From a virus: a DNA stretch of 64,000 nucleotides. The stretch covers positions 5,062 through 69,061 of the IMG/VR virus record IMGVR_UViG_3300036772_000271, one strand, 5' to 3'. The position numbers were made by a program, and so were the translations under genes. The notes under the pieces are model-generated. The model made no database searches, was not told where the DNA came from, and saw only the letters and a list, made by a program, of their open reading frames with translations. Below are positions 1 through 10,064 of this stretch, one piece after another (position 1 is the first letter of the stretch; each line of letters begins with the position of its first letter).

Positions 1-210
1 ATCTGCGGCGGCGAGTCCGGTCCGAAGGCTCGGCCGATGGATCTTGCCTGGGCCCGCGACCTTCGTGACGCGTGCGCGACGACCGGCGTCCCGTTCTTCC
101 TGAAGCAGCTCGGCGGGCGCGGCAGCCGGAAGCGTGGCGGCGACCTCGCGGTCCTCGACGGCGCCCGGCACACCGAGATGCCCGCGCTGGCCGCGGCGAC
201 CGCGCGATGA
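1..210 (+). CDS. DUF5131 (phage Gp37/Gp68) family protein, C-terminal part (5' end outside window)
   Basis: Frame 1 reads ICGGESGPKARPMDLAWARDLRDACATTGVPFFLKQLGG...EMP; GGESG..ARPM...W.R...D.C....VPFF.KQ.G is the family signature. TGA at 208-210. Confidence 0.85.
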   Translation: MCGGESGPKARPMDLAWARDLRDACATTGVPFFLKQLGGRGSRKRGGDLAVLDGARHTEMPALAAATAR

Positions 211-392
211 GTGCCTGCCCGCATTGCGCTGGCGTCGGCGTCCTCGAAGCGACCGACATGTTCTGCGGCCATAGCGGCCTCGGCCCACTCGGCGCGCTCG
301 CGGTCATCCATGCGACCGGGCCGCCAAGCAGCGGAGGCAGCTCACCGGCCGGCGCCGGCTTCGCCATGCGCGCCAGAGCGTCCACGCAGTGA
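207..392 (+). CDS. Small hypothetical protein with CxxC
   Basis: ATGA overlap with the upstream gene; MSACPHCAGVG... Confidence 0.4.
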   Translation: MSACPHCAGVGVLEATDMFCGHSGLGPLGALAVIHATGPPSSGGSSPAGAGFAMRARASTQ

Positions 393-410
393 TCAGACGG
401 CCAGCGACGC

Positions 411-845
411 TCATCGGCCGTGGCACCACTTGTACTTCACGCCAGACCCGCACGGGCACGGCTCGTTCCGCCCCACCCCACGAAGGGTACCCGCCGGCAC
501 GTTGCCGGCCCGCGTCGACTGGCGCTCGGCTTCGTCGGCGATCGCCTGGCCGTCCGGGCCGACGTACGCCAGCTCGCCGGCGGGCTGGCCCGAGCACTCC
601 ATGTCGACGAGACGCGCGTCTGTCAGCGCGATCTCGCAATCCCAGCACGCCACGGCAACGAGGTCGCGCTGCATGTTGTGCGTCCCGAGAAACGGCCGCT
701 CGTCATCCGGCGCCGGCGGGTCGCCCGCAGCGTGCTGGCCAACAGGGAGCTCGGCACCACGCATCGGTTTCAGGCCGACCATCCGCAGCGCGTCCTGGTC
801 GGTTACCTCGTACGGCACGACAGCCATCCAGCGGTGCCGGCGCAT
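411..845 (-). CDS. SEC-C motif (zinc-binding) domain protein
   Basis: C-terminal [19 protein letters not shown]; internal CWDCE...C motif. Confidence 0.8.
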   Translation of the reverse strand: MRRHRWMAVVPYEVTDQDALRMVGLKPMRGAELPVGQHAAGDPPAPDDERPFLGTHNMQRDLVAVACWDCEIALTDARLVDMECSGQPAGELAYVGPDGQAIADEAERQSTRAGNVPAGTLRGVGRNEPCPCGSGVKYKWCHGR

Positions 846-1315
846 CAGCCCTGCCCTGCCGGGATCGCCGCGACCGTGAACGGCACGCCGGCGCGCTCAG
901 CCATCTGCCGTGTCGCCGACAGCAGCATGTCGAACAGATGCCGGTGCACCTCCCGGTCGCTCTGGCCGTCCGCGAGGGCCGCCATCCCAACCGGCGGCTG
1001 CCCGGCCGGCGAGAACACCAGCACGAACGCCCGCTCGAGTTCCTGCCCCTCGAACCGGCCAAGCGCGACGGCCGCCGTCAGCGCGGCCTGCGCGGCGCGG
1101 CCAAGGACGCCGGGCGTCTCGATCACGCCAAGGACCTCGCCGGCCGGCTCGGCCGTTGGCCCGGACCAGTCCTTGACCCGCAGCCGCTGCCCCCCGCCAG
1201 ACAGCTTCTCAACCACGGCCAGCACCCGGAGCGACACCTCCGTGCCAGGCGGATGCTCCGGCCCGTCGATGCTGGCCGGCATCAGGCGGTACTCTACAAG
1301 CTCGGTCACGGCCAT
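845..1315 (-). CDS. Hypothetical protein
   Basis: 156-aa ORF, GAGGAGG RBS, TGATG coupling to the next gene. Confidence 0.65.
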   Translation of the reverse strand: MAVTELVEYRLMPASIDGPEHPPGTEVSLRVLAVVEKLSGGGQRLRVKDWSGPTAEPAGEVLGVIETPGVLGRAAQAALTAAVALGRFEGQELERAFVLVFSPAGQPPVGMAALADGQSDREVHRHLFDMLLSATRQMAERAGVPFTVAAIPAGQG

Positions 1316-1343
1316 CCTCCTCAGAGGGATCGGTTGCAGCTAC

Positions 1344-1358
1344 GCGACCAAAGGTAAC
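1344..1358. promoter_or_regulatory. Palindromic operator-like motif overlapping a -10 hexamer
   Basis: GCGACC AAA GGTAAC; minus strand contains TACCTT. Confidence 0.7.
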
Positions 1359-1403
1359 AGATGCCGAGGGGCACCTCGCGCGGCTTCCGACCGCGAGCAA
1401 AGC

Positions 1404-2225
1404 TCAGGTCTTGATGAGGATCGCTTGCCCGGTGGGCTGCGCAATCGGCGCTTCGCGCTTGTCCGCAAAGAACGCGTCCACGGCCTGCCGCTGGTCTTCG
1501 TATCCAGCGAAACCGTAGTCGTCAAAGACGATGGTGCCACCGCTCACGAGACGCGGGTACACGTACTCGAGCGCTCGTGTCGTGGGACGAGCCGCGTTGA
1601 GATCGATGTGAGCGAACGCGAGTGGCCCGGTATCGACCCTCGGGAGCGTGTCGAAGACATCGCCGACGTGGAAGACCGTGCGGCCGTCCCATGCTGCGAG
1701 AACCTCGCGAACGTAGTCGACGGATGTATTGTCGAGGCGGCCGGCAAAGCCGAGGGCGCGCTCGGTTGCCGTGAGGTCCGTGTCCGGGATGCCCGCGAAC
1801 GTGTCGAAGAGATGGCAGCGGCTCCTGCTTGTGGTCGTCAGGACCATGTACATCATGCCGCCGCGGTAGACACCGAACTCGGCGAACGCGCCGAGGCCGT
1901 CGACTCGTTTGGCGTGCTCGGTGAGTGTCCACATACGCCATCGAAGTTCCTTGCGCATCTCGGTGAACCACGTTTCGGCCATCCGGTCGTACGCTGCCTG
2001 CCAAATCGGGTCGTCTATGAACGGTGAGTAGTGGATCGTCGCGAGCCCGTCAGCTTCGTACGGCCATGCGGTAGCGGGCGGCCGGATAGTGTGGGCGACG
2101 TGGCGCGCCAGTACGGCCAGCGGCCTTAGAACGGGCGGCAGTCGGGCGATACGCGACCCGTCGTTGATCGTGCGGTCCACTCTGCCGGCAAGCGTACGGA
2201 ATGGCGATCCTGCGCGCCGTGACAT
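1404..2225 (-). CDS. TylF/MycF/NovP-family O-methyltransferase
   Basis: GAFAEFGVYRGG, HLFDTFAGIP, AFAHIDLN, VSGGTIVFDDYG motifs; start uncertain (2225 or 2279). Confidence 0.85.
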   Translation of the reverse strand: MSRRAGSPFRTLAGRVDRTINDGSRIARLPPVLRPLAVLARHVAHTIRPPATAWPYEADGLATIHYSPFIDDPIWQAAYDRMAETWFTEMRKELRWRMWTLTEHAKRVDGLGAFAEFGVYRGGMMYMVLTTTSRSRCHLFDTFAGIPDTDLTATERALGFAGRLDNTSVDYVREVLAAWDGRTVFHVGDVFDTLPRVDTGPLAFAHIDLNAARPTTRALEYVYPRLVSGGTIVFDDYGFAGYEDQRQAVDAFFADKREAPIAQPTGQAILIKT

Positions 2226-2305
2226 CGTGATCGAGGCCGGTGCGCAGCCCGGCACCCGCCACCGCGGTCTCGCAGGCAACCCTGCGCGGTCGTCCGCAAG
2301 ATCGA

Positions 2306-4543
2306 CTAGGCGGCGAACGGGGCGACGGTCACGGGCTGGGGCGTCTCGATGATGAGGATCTCAGAGACCTTGATGACCTGCGTGAAGTCGAGCGTGTGCA
2401 CGTCGTAGTACTCGGCGGCGCCAACGTAACGCGCGCTGAACAGGTCCGGGGTCTCGCCGTAAGCTGCCTGCTCGACAGTCAGGCGCAGCTTCGACGTCGT
2501 CACGGGGACGGCCAGGTCGATGTTGTGCTGCCAGCGATTGTCGTACCACGTCAACAGCGAAATGAGGCCCGGCACGAAACCGAGCTCCCCGCTCGCAGTC
2601 GAGTTGATGTAGCGACCCGTGTTGTCCCAGTCCCGTGCCGCGACGGTCGGCAGCGGCAGCCAGGCGCCATCCCAATACTCGAGGCGCCCCTGAGTCATTG
2701 CCGTTCCCCGGTTCCCCGACTGCTGCAACGGGAGCGCGGTGACGATCAGGACCTTGCGGAACGTCTTTGGCGTGCTCCAGTCCAGTTCGATGCTCGCGGG
2801 AAGGTTCGGGACGGGCGAGTCGAACGGCTGGTAGCCGGCGAACACGTCGTAGGTGAACCCGTCGGATGTCGGGATGTAGCCGGTCTGGTAGACGTTGTCG
2901 TTGGCGTGCGACACGGCCTGCAACGGCAGGCCGCCACGGCCCGGTGTGCCGCTCGCTGTAGCCAGTGGCGCAATGTTGACGGGACTTCCGACGATCAGGC
3001 CATTGCCGCAGTCGACGACGCTGACGGTCGCGCCAGCCGAGAGCCGGAGGTAGATCGACACGTCGCCGATCGGGAGCGTGACTTGACCGCCGACGACCGC
3101 CGCGGTTGCGGTGTTGCCCTGCCAGTCGGAGTACGTCAGCGGCCCGGTGTCGGACGCCGCGAGGGTGACGGTGTCGCCGGGGTTGCCCTGCGCCATCAGC
3201 GACACCGTCGTGCCGAGCAGGCCACGATAGATGTTGCCGCGGTAGAAGTTGTTGCCGATCGTCCCGAAGTCGAGGGCGCTCGCGTACGTCTTGGCCCAGA
3301 TTTCCTCCGAGTAGACGCGCAGGAACACGGCGACGCTGCACATGCCGTTGTTGGCGTCCTTGAGCGAGATGTTCGAGAAGCCTGGGATCGCTCCGTCGAG
3401 GAAGATGTAGATGTGCTCCTTCGGAATGCCGTGCCTCTCGCACGTCAAAAAGAGTTGCGCGGCGCGTTGCGCCAGCGCCCGCGGGTTGAACGTCACTCCC
3501 GATGGCACGATCTGCCCCGTCTCCGTGAGAAAAATCGGGAGCGTTGGGGATCGGCCGTGAGCCGCGAGCAGCGCGCGTACGCCGCTCAGGACATAGTCGA
3601 GGACGCGAAAGTCGCCGAAGTAGTCATTGTAGGCGTGCATCGAAAGGCCGTCGAGGGGGCTGCTGTCGCCTAGGGCGGTCAGCCACAGATCGAAATCCCC
3701 GAGCGTGCCAGGGGTGTAGCCAACGTCGCTCGGGCCGAGCACCAGTGCGGAGCTGTTGCCGGCTCGCACCGCAGCTCTCGTCGCCAGATAGTTCGCGGCA
3801 GAGTCCGCCTGACTCAAGCGCTGCGGCGGTGTTGTCGGCTCGTTGATGCCACCCCACCAGAGGATGTTGGACGCCGTCCCCGGCCCAAGTGCCGCGGCGG
3901 CAGCGGCCATGCCCGCCGCGTACCCAGACCTTGGCGCGCCCCCGCTGTGGGCGCCGTTGATGGCGTTGTCGTTCGGGGCCGTGATGTACTTCGGGCGGTC
4001 CCGGACCCCATCGGCAAATGCGGCGTTGCTGTAGTACGCGTTCTCCATCGTGCAGCACGCCTGGATCGCCGCGATCGTTCCGCCCTGGTCCTTCCCCGGC
4101 ATGAAGACCGTCGGGTGCACTGCGTCCGAGAGTTCGTATCGCTGGAAGTTGGCGCCGATCAGGCCGTGCATCGGAATGTCCATGCCACGATTGTTCGGGT
4201 CGCCCACGACCGGGCTCGTTGGGGTTGGAGACGACCCGAAGGCTGGGGCGACCGGGAACGAGCCGATACCGCTGCGAAACACGCACATCTGGAGGTTGTC
4301 GGTGACGTAGCCCTGCTTGAAGTCCCACGCCGAGCTGCGGAAGATGATCTGAAAGTGCCCCGGAGGCCACGAACCGCCGGGAGCGGGAATCGTGACGGAC
4401 GTACCGCTCACCGCGCCCGCCTTGACGACGACCTTGTTGGCGTCGACCACGCTGTACGTGTTCGGCGAGCCGACGATGTTGTTGACGGTGACCGACATCG
4501 CGCCCGCAGCGATGACGTTGTTGTACGTCCCCGTGTCGGCCAT
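2306..4543 (-). CDS. Putative virion-associated glycoside hydrolase (clan GH-A-like barrel with flanking beta domains)
   Basis: GINEP acid/base motif, DGLSMHAY, PIFLTETG nucleophile motif; discoidin/CBM-like C-terminus; ATG 4543 overlaps the upstream TGA. Confidence 0.65.
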   Translation of the reverse strand: MADTGTYNNVIAAGAMSVTVNNIVGSPNTYSVVDANKVVVKAGAVSGTSVTIPAPGGSWPPGHFQIIFRSSAWDFKQGYVTDNLQMCVFRSGIGSFPVAPAFGSSPTPTSPVVGDPNNRGMDIPMHGLIGANFQRYELSDAVHPTVFMPGKDQGGTIAAIQACCTMENAYYSNAAFADGVRDRPKYITAPNDNAINGAHSGGAPRSGYAAGMAAAAAALGPGTASNILWWGGINEPTTPPQRLSQADSAANYLATRAAVRAGNSSALVLGPSDVGYTPGTLGDFDLWLTALGDSSPLDGLSMHAYNDYFGDFRVLDYVLSGVRALLAAHGRSPTLPIFLTETGQIVPSGVTFNPRALAQRAAQLFLTCERHGIPKEHIYIFLDGAIPGFSNISLKDANNGMCSVAVFLRVYSEEIWAKTYASALDFGTIGNNFYRGNIYRGLLGTTVSLMAQGNPGDTVTLAASDTGPLTYSDWQGNTATAAVVGGQVTLPIGDVSIYLRLSAGATVSVVDCGNGLIVGSPVNIAPLATASGTPGRGGLPLQAVSHANDNVYQTGYIPTSDGFTYDVFAGYQPFDSPVPNLPASIELDWSTPKTFRKVLIVTALPLQQSGNRGTAMTQGRLEYWDGAWLPLPTVAARDWDNTGRYINSTASGELGFVPGLISLLTWYDNRWQHNIDLAVPVTTSKLRLTVEQAAYGETPDLFSARYVGAAEYYDVHTLDFTQVIKVSEILIIETPQPVTVAPFAA

Positions 4544-6090
4544 CACGCGGTGAGGAAGCCTGCGAGGGCCTCCCACTTGGCGCCTATGCCACCGTTCTGC
4601 GTCAGCGACGCACTGTAGCTCGTCGCCGGCCCTGTGTTGAGCTGGTAGGCCAAGACGATCAGATTCGACGCCTCACCGCCAACGAGCACGGTCCACGGTC
4701 CGACGATGTGCTTGCCGGGCGTCAAGACGGCGGGATCGCCATTAAAGGCGGTGTAGCCGCCAGCCGTCGAGAACGCGATGAACACGAGATCACCGGCCTT
4801 CGGCGAAACAACGGCCGTCGTCGAGTCGGTCTGCGGGGTCGCGGCCTGCGTGATCGACGTATAGACCGGTGTTCCGTCGATCGGCGCCAGGACACTCGGC
4901 CCTTGCAATTCCACGAGCTCGAAGCCTCTGGCGCCAGCGCCCTCGTCGCCGTAGAACACGATGCTCTGGCTGCCGTCGGAGTTTGATCCCTCCCACAGCT
5001 CCGACTGATTCGCGACGCCACCCGGCGTCGTAGCGGCAAACGTCGCGATCGTGTGCCCCGGATCGGCGCTCGCGTTGATCGCGTGATCGGTGATCGCGCC
5101 GAACCAGGCGCCCGAGAACGTGATCGTCGTCGCAGCCGGCAGGGGACCACCCGTGACGGTGATCACGCCAGCCGGGATCGTTTCGCCATGCGGGCCGGTC
5201 GCAGCAAGCAACGCGGCCTGAAGCGTGGCGTTGCTCGCGTTCCACGCGAACGGCGCCGTGGTATACGTGACACCGAGGCGAGCGAACGAGACAACGACGA
5301 CGCCACTCGTGATCGACCCGAGGTTGATCACGTCAACCTCATACGGCTCCGGCCAGTTGTAACCGAATGCCCTGCCACCGACGCGCCGCCACGTGGCGCA
5401 GATCCCTGTTGGTGGGTTGCCCGATGGGCGCGTCAGGTTCTGCACCAGCATCAAAATGCTCGAGCCAGGTGTCGTCGGCGACGCGAGGGTGATGTTGTTG
5501 CCGACGAACGTGTTCGAGACAAGCCACTGAAGCTCGGCCATTCCGAGAGATGCCTTGGTCAGCGCCGAAGCGAAGTAGATCGGCAACCAGCCCGTCGCGG
5601 TATCGTCCGCCTCGACCCACAGCTCCTCGATCTGCCCGGCGACGCTTGAGAATGTGGGGCGCGGTGAGCCCATTGTCGCGGGCCACACCGGCTGCGCGAC
5701 GGTCCCCGTTGACTGCACCAGCATCTTGAACTTACCGCCCGCAACCGGGGCCGGGAACTGAAACGTGCAGGCCCCGTTGCGGATCATCGTGTTCTTGTGG
5801 CCGTTCACCATCGTGACGGTGCCGGCCCCGGTGTTGCCGATCGCGTTGACGGGCTCCTGCCCGAGCAGCTCGTACAACGTGTCGCCTTGGGCGTGGGTAT
5901 GCAGGGCGTCCGCGTACTGGCCGCTCGGGCCGCCCGCAGAGCCGTGCTGCGTGTCGGGGTTGCCCGGGTTCGTGCCACGCGTCGCGGCGGTGACGGCCGC
6001 GTACGGTGCGTGGGCACCCGTCGAGCTCGGGATCTGCCCGGCATCGGACGGGTCCGGAAGCGTCCCGGCCGGCGGGTTGGGGACCGTCAC
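4543..6090 (-). CDS. Putative virion structural/fibre protein
   Basis: G/T/A/P-rich ORF with TTAPFAWNASNATLQAALLA module seen in actinophage minor tail proteins; GTG at 6090. Confidence 0.55.
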   Translation of the reverse strand: MTVPNPPAGTLPDPSDAGQIPSSTGAHAPYAAVTAATRGTNPGNPDTQHGSAGGPSGQYADALHTHAQGDTLYELLGQEPVNAIGNTGAGTVTMVNGHKNTMIRNGACTFQFPAPVAGGKFKMLVQSTGTVAQPVWPATMGSPRPTFSSVAGQIEELWVEADDTATGWLPIYFASALTKASLGMAELQWLVSNTFVGNNITLASPTTPGSSILMLVQNLTRPSGNPPTGICATWRRVGGRAFGYNWPEPYEVDVINLGSITSGVVVVSFARLGVTYTTAPFAWNASNATLQAALLAATGPHGETIPAGVITVTGGPLPAATTITFSGAWFGAITDHAINASADPGHTIATFAATTPGGVANQSELWEGSNSDGSQSIVFYGDEGAGARGFELVELQGPSVLAPIDGTPVYTSITQAATPQTDSTTAVVSPKAGDLVFIAFSTAGGYTAFNGDPAVLTPGKHIVGPWTVLVGGEASNLIVLAYQLNTGPATSYSASLTQNGGIGAKWEALAGFLTA

Positions 6091-6091
6091 T

Positions 6092-6646
6092 TCAGTTCCA
6101 GCCGAACCAAATGTAATCCGTGGCGGAGCCGAACCCCTGGGTGACAAGATCGGTCTGACCGCCGGCGCTATGGATGCACGACGTAACCGGGCTCGAGCCG
6201 ATCGCGGTCCCGCCGCTCGTGCTGAGGCCGCGCACGAGGGCGAGGTCGGTCGTGACCCAGTTGCCGGTCTTGAGGAACGCGAAGTAGTACCCGTCCGTTG
6301 CGGTCACTGTGAACGGGGCGGTCAAGGGAATGACGGCATACCCCGTCGCAGCCCACTGCGCGTTGCTGGCGACGTTCGCCGACTTCGCGAGCAGCGTCCC
6401 GGTCTTGTCGAACAGTCCGAGCACGACATTGGCCGGGGGCGTGCCGGCGCCAGGGGTGTTGACGTTCACGATGACGTTCGTGACGACGTCGCCGGCGACG
6501 AGGCCGACGAGCGACCCGAGGATGGTGCCGGCGAACGGTGCCTGGACCGTGATTTCCGCGCCGGCCAGCGTGAACGACTGGCCCTTCAGGCCGCGCACGG
6601 CATCGGCGATGGCCTGGCGGCCGCTGGGTGGGTTCAGAACGCTCAT
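6092..6646 (-). CDS. Putative virion structural protein
   Basis: 184-aa beta-rich, Thr/Gly-rich ORF coupled within the fibre operon. Confidence 0.55.
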   Translation of the reverse strand: MSVLNPPSGRQAIADAVRGLKGQSFTLAGAEITVQAPFAGTILGSLVGLVAGDVVTNVIVNVNTPGAGTPPANVVLGLFDKTGTLLAKSANVASNAQWAATGYAVIPLTAPFTVTATDGYYFAFLKTGNWVTTDLALVRGLSTSGGTAIGSSPVTSCIHSAGGQTDLVTQGFGSATDYIWFGWN

Positions 6647-7593
6647 CAGATGATCCTCCAGACCACGTTGTCACTGATGACCGTGACCGCCTTATACGGC
6701 GCCCCGGATGCTGGCGTCCCAAGCGTGACCGTCGCCGCTCCATCGATCGAGGCGGCCGCCGTGGCGAGCGTCACGAGATTCGTGCCGGTCGTGACCGCGT
6801 CGACGGTGATCTGCAACCCCGAGTTGCCGACCGGCGTCGGCAGCGTCCTCGTGAACGGGGCGCCCGTTGCGTCGGCGATCTCGACGCGCGGCCCCGTGCT
6901 CGGGATCGCGCCCCCGCTCGACACCGCGGCGACCGTTGGTGCGCCCCCACCGCCACCGGCGGGCACGGCCCACGTCTTGTCGCCGCGGAGGAAGTGCGTC
7001 GCGTCCGCGGTGCCCGAGGCGAGCTGCGCCGGCACCGCCAGGCTGTCGCTGCCCAGCCCGAGGTAGCCGCTCGCCGCGCCCTTGTTCGTCGTGTGCTCGA
7101 CCGCGGCGACGCGAGGATCGTTGTCGCCGACCGCGATCGGGTTGCTCGAGCTCGCCGGCGCAGTCGCGAGCTTCGCGATGCCCTTGACCGTCGTCGACGC
7201 GTCCGGTGCGCCCGCCGCCGCGACGCCGTCGACGTAGCCCTTCGGCGCCGCCTGCGTCGACGTCGTCGGCGTCGGCACCGTCGGCGACGCCGAGAACGCC
7301 TTGATGCCCGTGATCGTTTCCGAGCCCGCGAGATGAACGGCCGTCGGCGTTGTCGGTGCCGCTGCGGTGCCGCCGAGATCGTTCGCGAGCTGAACGACGC
7401 CCTTCGCGCCCGTCGTGGCGTCTGGCGACGAGCCACCGGCGTACGCCAGCGAGTTCCACGCCGTCGCGCCGTCACCGATCTTGAACTTGCCGGTGTCCGT
7501 CTCGACAACGATCTGCCGCGCCGCGTACACGCGATTCAGGCTCGCCAGGTTCCCGGCTGTATCACCGGCCTGTTGCAACAGCGCAGCGGTCAT
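6646..7593 (-). CDS. Fibre protein with Mtd/hyaluronidase-like N-terminal domain and tail-fibre repeats
   Basis: ETDTGKFKIGDGATAWNSLAY N-domain; repeats PDATTGAKGVVQLA and PDASTTVKGIAKLA. Confidence 0.75.
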   Translation of the reverse strand: MTAALLQQAGDTAGNLASLNRVYAARQIVVETDTGKFKIGDGATAWNSLAYAGGSSPDATTGAKGVVQLANDLGGTAAAPTTPTAVHLAGSETITGIKAFSASPTVPTPTTSTQAAPKGYVDGVAAAGAPDASTTVKGIAKLATAPASSSNPIAVGDNDPRVAAVEHTTNKGAASGYLGLGSDSLAVPAQLASGTADATHFLRGDKTWAVPAGGGGGAPTVAAVSSGGAIPSTGPRVEIADATGAPFTRTLPTPVGNSGLQITVDAVTTGTNLVTLATAAASIDGAATVTLGTPASGAPYKAVTVISDNVVWRII

Positions 7594-8030
7594 GCCGGAC
7601 CTCCGTCAAGGTTGAGTGAGTAGGTACTGCTGGCGCTGCCGCCGTCGTAGGTGACGGCATACGTCGCCGCCGCGTTGCCGCCGTCGTAGACGAGGCTGCC
7701 CGAGCCGCCGCCGCCACCTGGCGCCGACGTCCACACGCCGCCGGCGCGCGTCACGACGTCGCCGTCGACCGGCTCCTCGCCGACATCCAGAACGACCGCG
7801 CGGAACCCGCCCGGCTCAGGCGGGTCCGGTGCCGTCGGCGTGCTCAGCCACGCACCGATCAGCTGCGCGACCTCGACGTCGGAGAACGAGGCGCGCGAGT
7901 CGCCCTCGAGCGCGCCGCGAAGGACGTGCGGCGCGTACGAGCCGTAGCCCGAAGAGATCAGTCCGGCTCGCGTGTAAGGACCAGGCATCGCTGATCCGAG
8001 CGTAAGCCCGGCCAGCCCGCGAAGGTCCAT
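7590..8030 (-). CDS. Hypothetical virion protein
   Basis: C-terminal YDGG/LDGG repeats; overlaps the fibre gene start. Confidence 0.55.
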   Translation of the reverse strand: MDLRGLAGLTLGSAMPGPYTRAGLISSGYGSYAPHVLRGALEGDSRASFSDVEVAQLIGAWLSTPTAPDPPEPGGFRAVVLDVGEEPVDGDVVTRAGGVWTSAPGGGGGSGSLVYDGGNAAATYAVTYDGGSASSTYSLNLDGGPA

Positions 8031-8061
8031 GCTCTGCGCTACCGCCGGTCGCGCAACCCGA

Positions 8062-9852
8062 TCACTCGAAGCCAGGCCGGTAGTCCGGCTCCGCGGTGTA
8101 GTCCGCCAGCTCGACCGGGTGCAGATCCTCGATCTGGTCAGCCATCGGCACCGGCCCCTGACCGCGCACCGCGTTCAGGCCGCTGTTGCGCCAGAACAAC
8201 TCGATCGCCGTCAGCTTGTACGCCTCCGCCTGCGCATAGTCCTCGGGCCCGGTTTTGACGTAGTCGACGCGGGTTCGCCCGAGGCCGCCGGGGAGCTCGA
8301 CGGACCGGCGGTAGAGGTTGCCGAGATGCGCCGGGTACTCCGGCGGCAGATAGTCGAGCGGCGGCAGCAGGATCTTCTGGAGGCGGAACCGTTCGAACGT
8401 CGCGTCGTACGTCGTCGTGCGGTTCACCGACACGAAGTGAATCGCGTCGTCCGGGTACCACGGCGGCGCGTCCTTCCGGCCGTCCGGGCCCGGCGAGAAG
8501 AACGCGACGCGGTACACGCGGCCTGGGTAGCGGTCGGCGAACGTCTCGGAGAATCGGCCGTCCGGGCTGTTGTCGATGCCGCACATGTTCACGCCGAAGC
8601 TGTCCATCAGCCAGCAGAGCTGCTGAAACGCGGTGTTGCCACCGGGGATGTCGTCGATCGCGCCGCAGAAGATCTGGCGGCCCGCCGCGTTCGGGTCGGC
8701 CGGGTCGAGTGTTTCCTCGATCACGACGTTCAGCGCCCTGGAGCTGGCCATGTCGACGCCCATCCACCGCCACGCGTACGTCGGCGCCGGCGGCGTCACG
8801 AGCCGTAGATCGGGGCGCACGCACGCGCGGACAGCTTCGAGCGACAGGCGGCCCTCCGCCGGCGCCCATGCCTCGCCGAGGTCGCGCCGGTGGAAAGCCT
8901 CGACCTCGTCCGGACGCGTCTTCTTCGATCGCTCGATGACCCCCGCAAGGACGCGCCGCCCAGGCACCAGAAGCTTCGGGACGTGGTAGCCGCGAACCGA
9001 GCGGTCGGCGAACGTCGCCGTCCACTCGCCGGTCCGCACATCGATCGGGCGCCGGCACTCAGCGCAGACGAGCGCGACCGCGACCTGGTCGACGTTCTGG
9101 CTGAACGCCTCGAAGCCGCGCAGCCTGTTCCAGTGGTTGCAGCCATCGCACCGCACCGTCCACAGCCGCTGGTCGCTCGCTTGGTAGAACCGGTCGATGC
9201 CAGAGCCGGGCACGGACGGAACGCCAACGCGCCGGATGAGTGCGGCCGACTCGGCACCGGACAGCCGGTACTCCGTGGCCGTGATGTTGGCCTCATCCGA
9301 CGTGTCGTATTCGTCGATGATGAGGACGTCGACGTCGATCGAGTCGACAGGCTTCTGGAGGCCGCGGAAGCTGATCCAGCCCTGCCCGATCTGTTTCTGG
9401 CCGACGTTGTCGACGTGATCGCCAGTCATCCTCGACCGGAGATGCGGCGACGCGCGGATCACCGGTTTGATGCGTTTCCGGCTGAAGTCGCGAAGCTCGT
9501 CGTCCGTCGGGAAGGTGTAGAGCACCGACCGACTGAGGACGTCGGCTTGGTAGAGCGCCTGCCGGATCATGCCGGTCGACAGGCCGCTCTGCGTGCTTTT
9601 CATCGTGACTTGCTGCGCGTCGTGAACGGCGTGCTCGCTGTAACAAGGCTCGATTTGGAACGCGTACCGCTCAAGGTCAAGCGGGCCGCGTTCCTCTGGC
9701 ACGAGGTCCACCCATTCGCGGATGCCGATGCGCAGGTTCGCGCGGCGCTGTCGCTGTTGGCCGCGTTCCTCGAGCTCGCCGTGGATCGTGTTCGCGATCA
9801 CCTCCCACGGGTCGGGGACGGGCTCGTCTACGTCGAGGCCCTCGACCTTCAC
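8062..9852 (-). CDS. Terminase large subunit (GpA-like)
   Basis: Walker A MKSTQSGLS, YTFPT, Walker B LIIDEYD, CxxC..CxxC zinc finger, nuclease MGVD; GTG 9852 overlaps the upstream TGA. Confidence 0.85.
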   Translation of the reverse strand: MKVEGLDVDEPVPDPWEVIANTIHGELEERGQQRQRRANLRIGIREWVDLVPEERGPLDLERYAFQIEPCYSEHAVHDAQQVTMKSTQSGLSTGMIRQALYQADVLSRSVLYTFPTDDELRDFSRKRIKPVIRASPHLRSRMTGDHVDNVGQKQIGQGWISFRGLQKPVDSIDVDVLIIDEYDTSDEANITATEYRLSGAESAALIRRVGVPSVPGSGIDRFYQASDQRLWTVRCDGCNHWNRLRGFEAFSQNVDQVAVALVCAECRRPIDVRTGEWTATFADRSVRGYHVPKLLVPGRRVLAGVIERSKKTRPDEVEAFHRRDLGEAWAPAEGRLSLEAVRACVRPDLRLVTPPAPTYAWRWMGVDMASSRALNVVIEETLDPADPNAAGRQIFCGAIDDIPGGNTAFQQLCWLMDSFGVNMCGIDNSPDGRFSETFADRYPGRVYRVAFFSPGPDGRKDAPPWYPDDAIHFVSVNRTTTYDATFERFRLQKILLPPLDYLPPEYPAHLGNLYRRSVELPGGLGRTRVDYVKTGPEDYAQAEAYKLTAIELFWRNSGLNAVRGQGPVPMADQIEDLHPVELADYTAEPDYRPGFE

Positions 9853-10064
9853 CTGGCGCTCCGCGGCCGCGGGTTCCACTGCCAGCCGCACACCGGCGCA
9901 TCGCCAGGCACCTCGTCGAGTGGCCAGCGAGTGCAGTGCAGCGTCTGGCCAGCGACACGATCGACGCGCCACGCGGTCGTGACCCCGAGCAAGAACGTGC
10001 CGACCGGGATCTCCGGGCCGCCGACGCGGCGCAGCTTGCACGGCGTGAAGGGCTCGCCCATCAA
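9849..10064 (-). CDS. Hypothetical protein
   Basis: 71 aa, 4-bp overlaps with both neighbours. Confidence 0.5.
   Translation of the reverse strand: MMGEPFTPCKLRRVGGPEIPVGTFLLGVTTAWRVDRVAGQTLHCTRWPLDEVPGDAPVCGWQWNPRPRSAR

Noticed and set aside
207-392. C5 DNA methyltransferase remnant (ATDMFCGHSG resembles motif I)
   Set aside because: Only a weak partial motif; no PCQ/ENV motifs downstream.
6646-7593. Diversity-generating retroelement suggested by the Mtd-like N-domain
   Set aside because: No reverse transcriptase ORF and no TR/VR repeat pair seen in the window.
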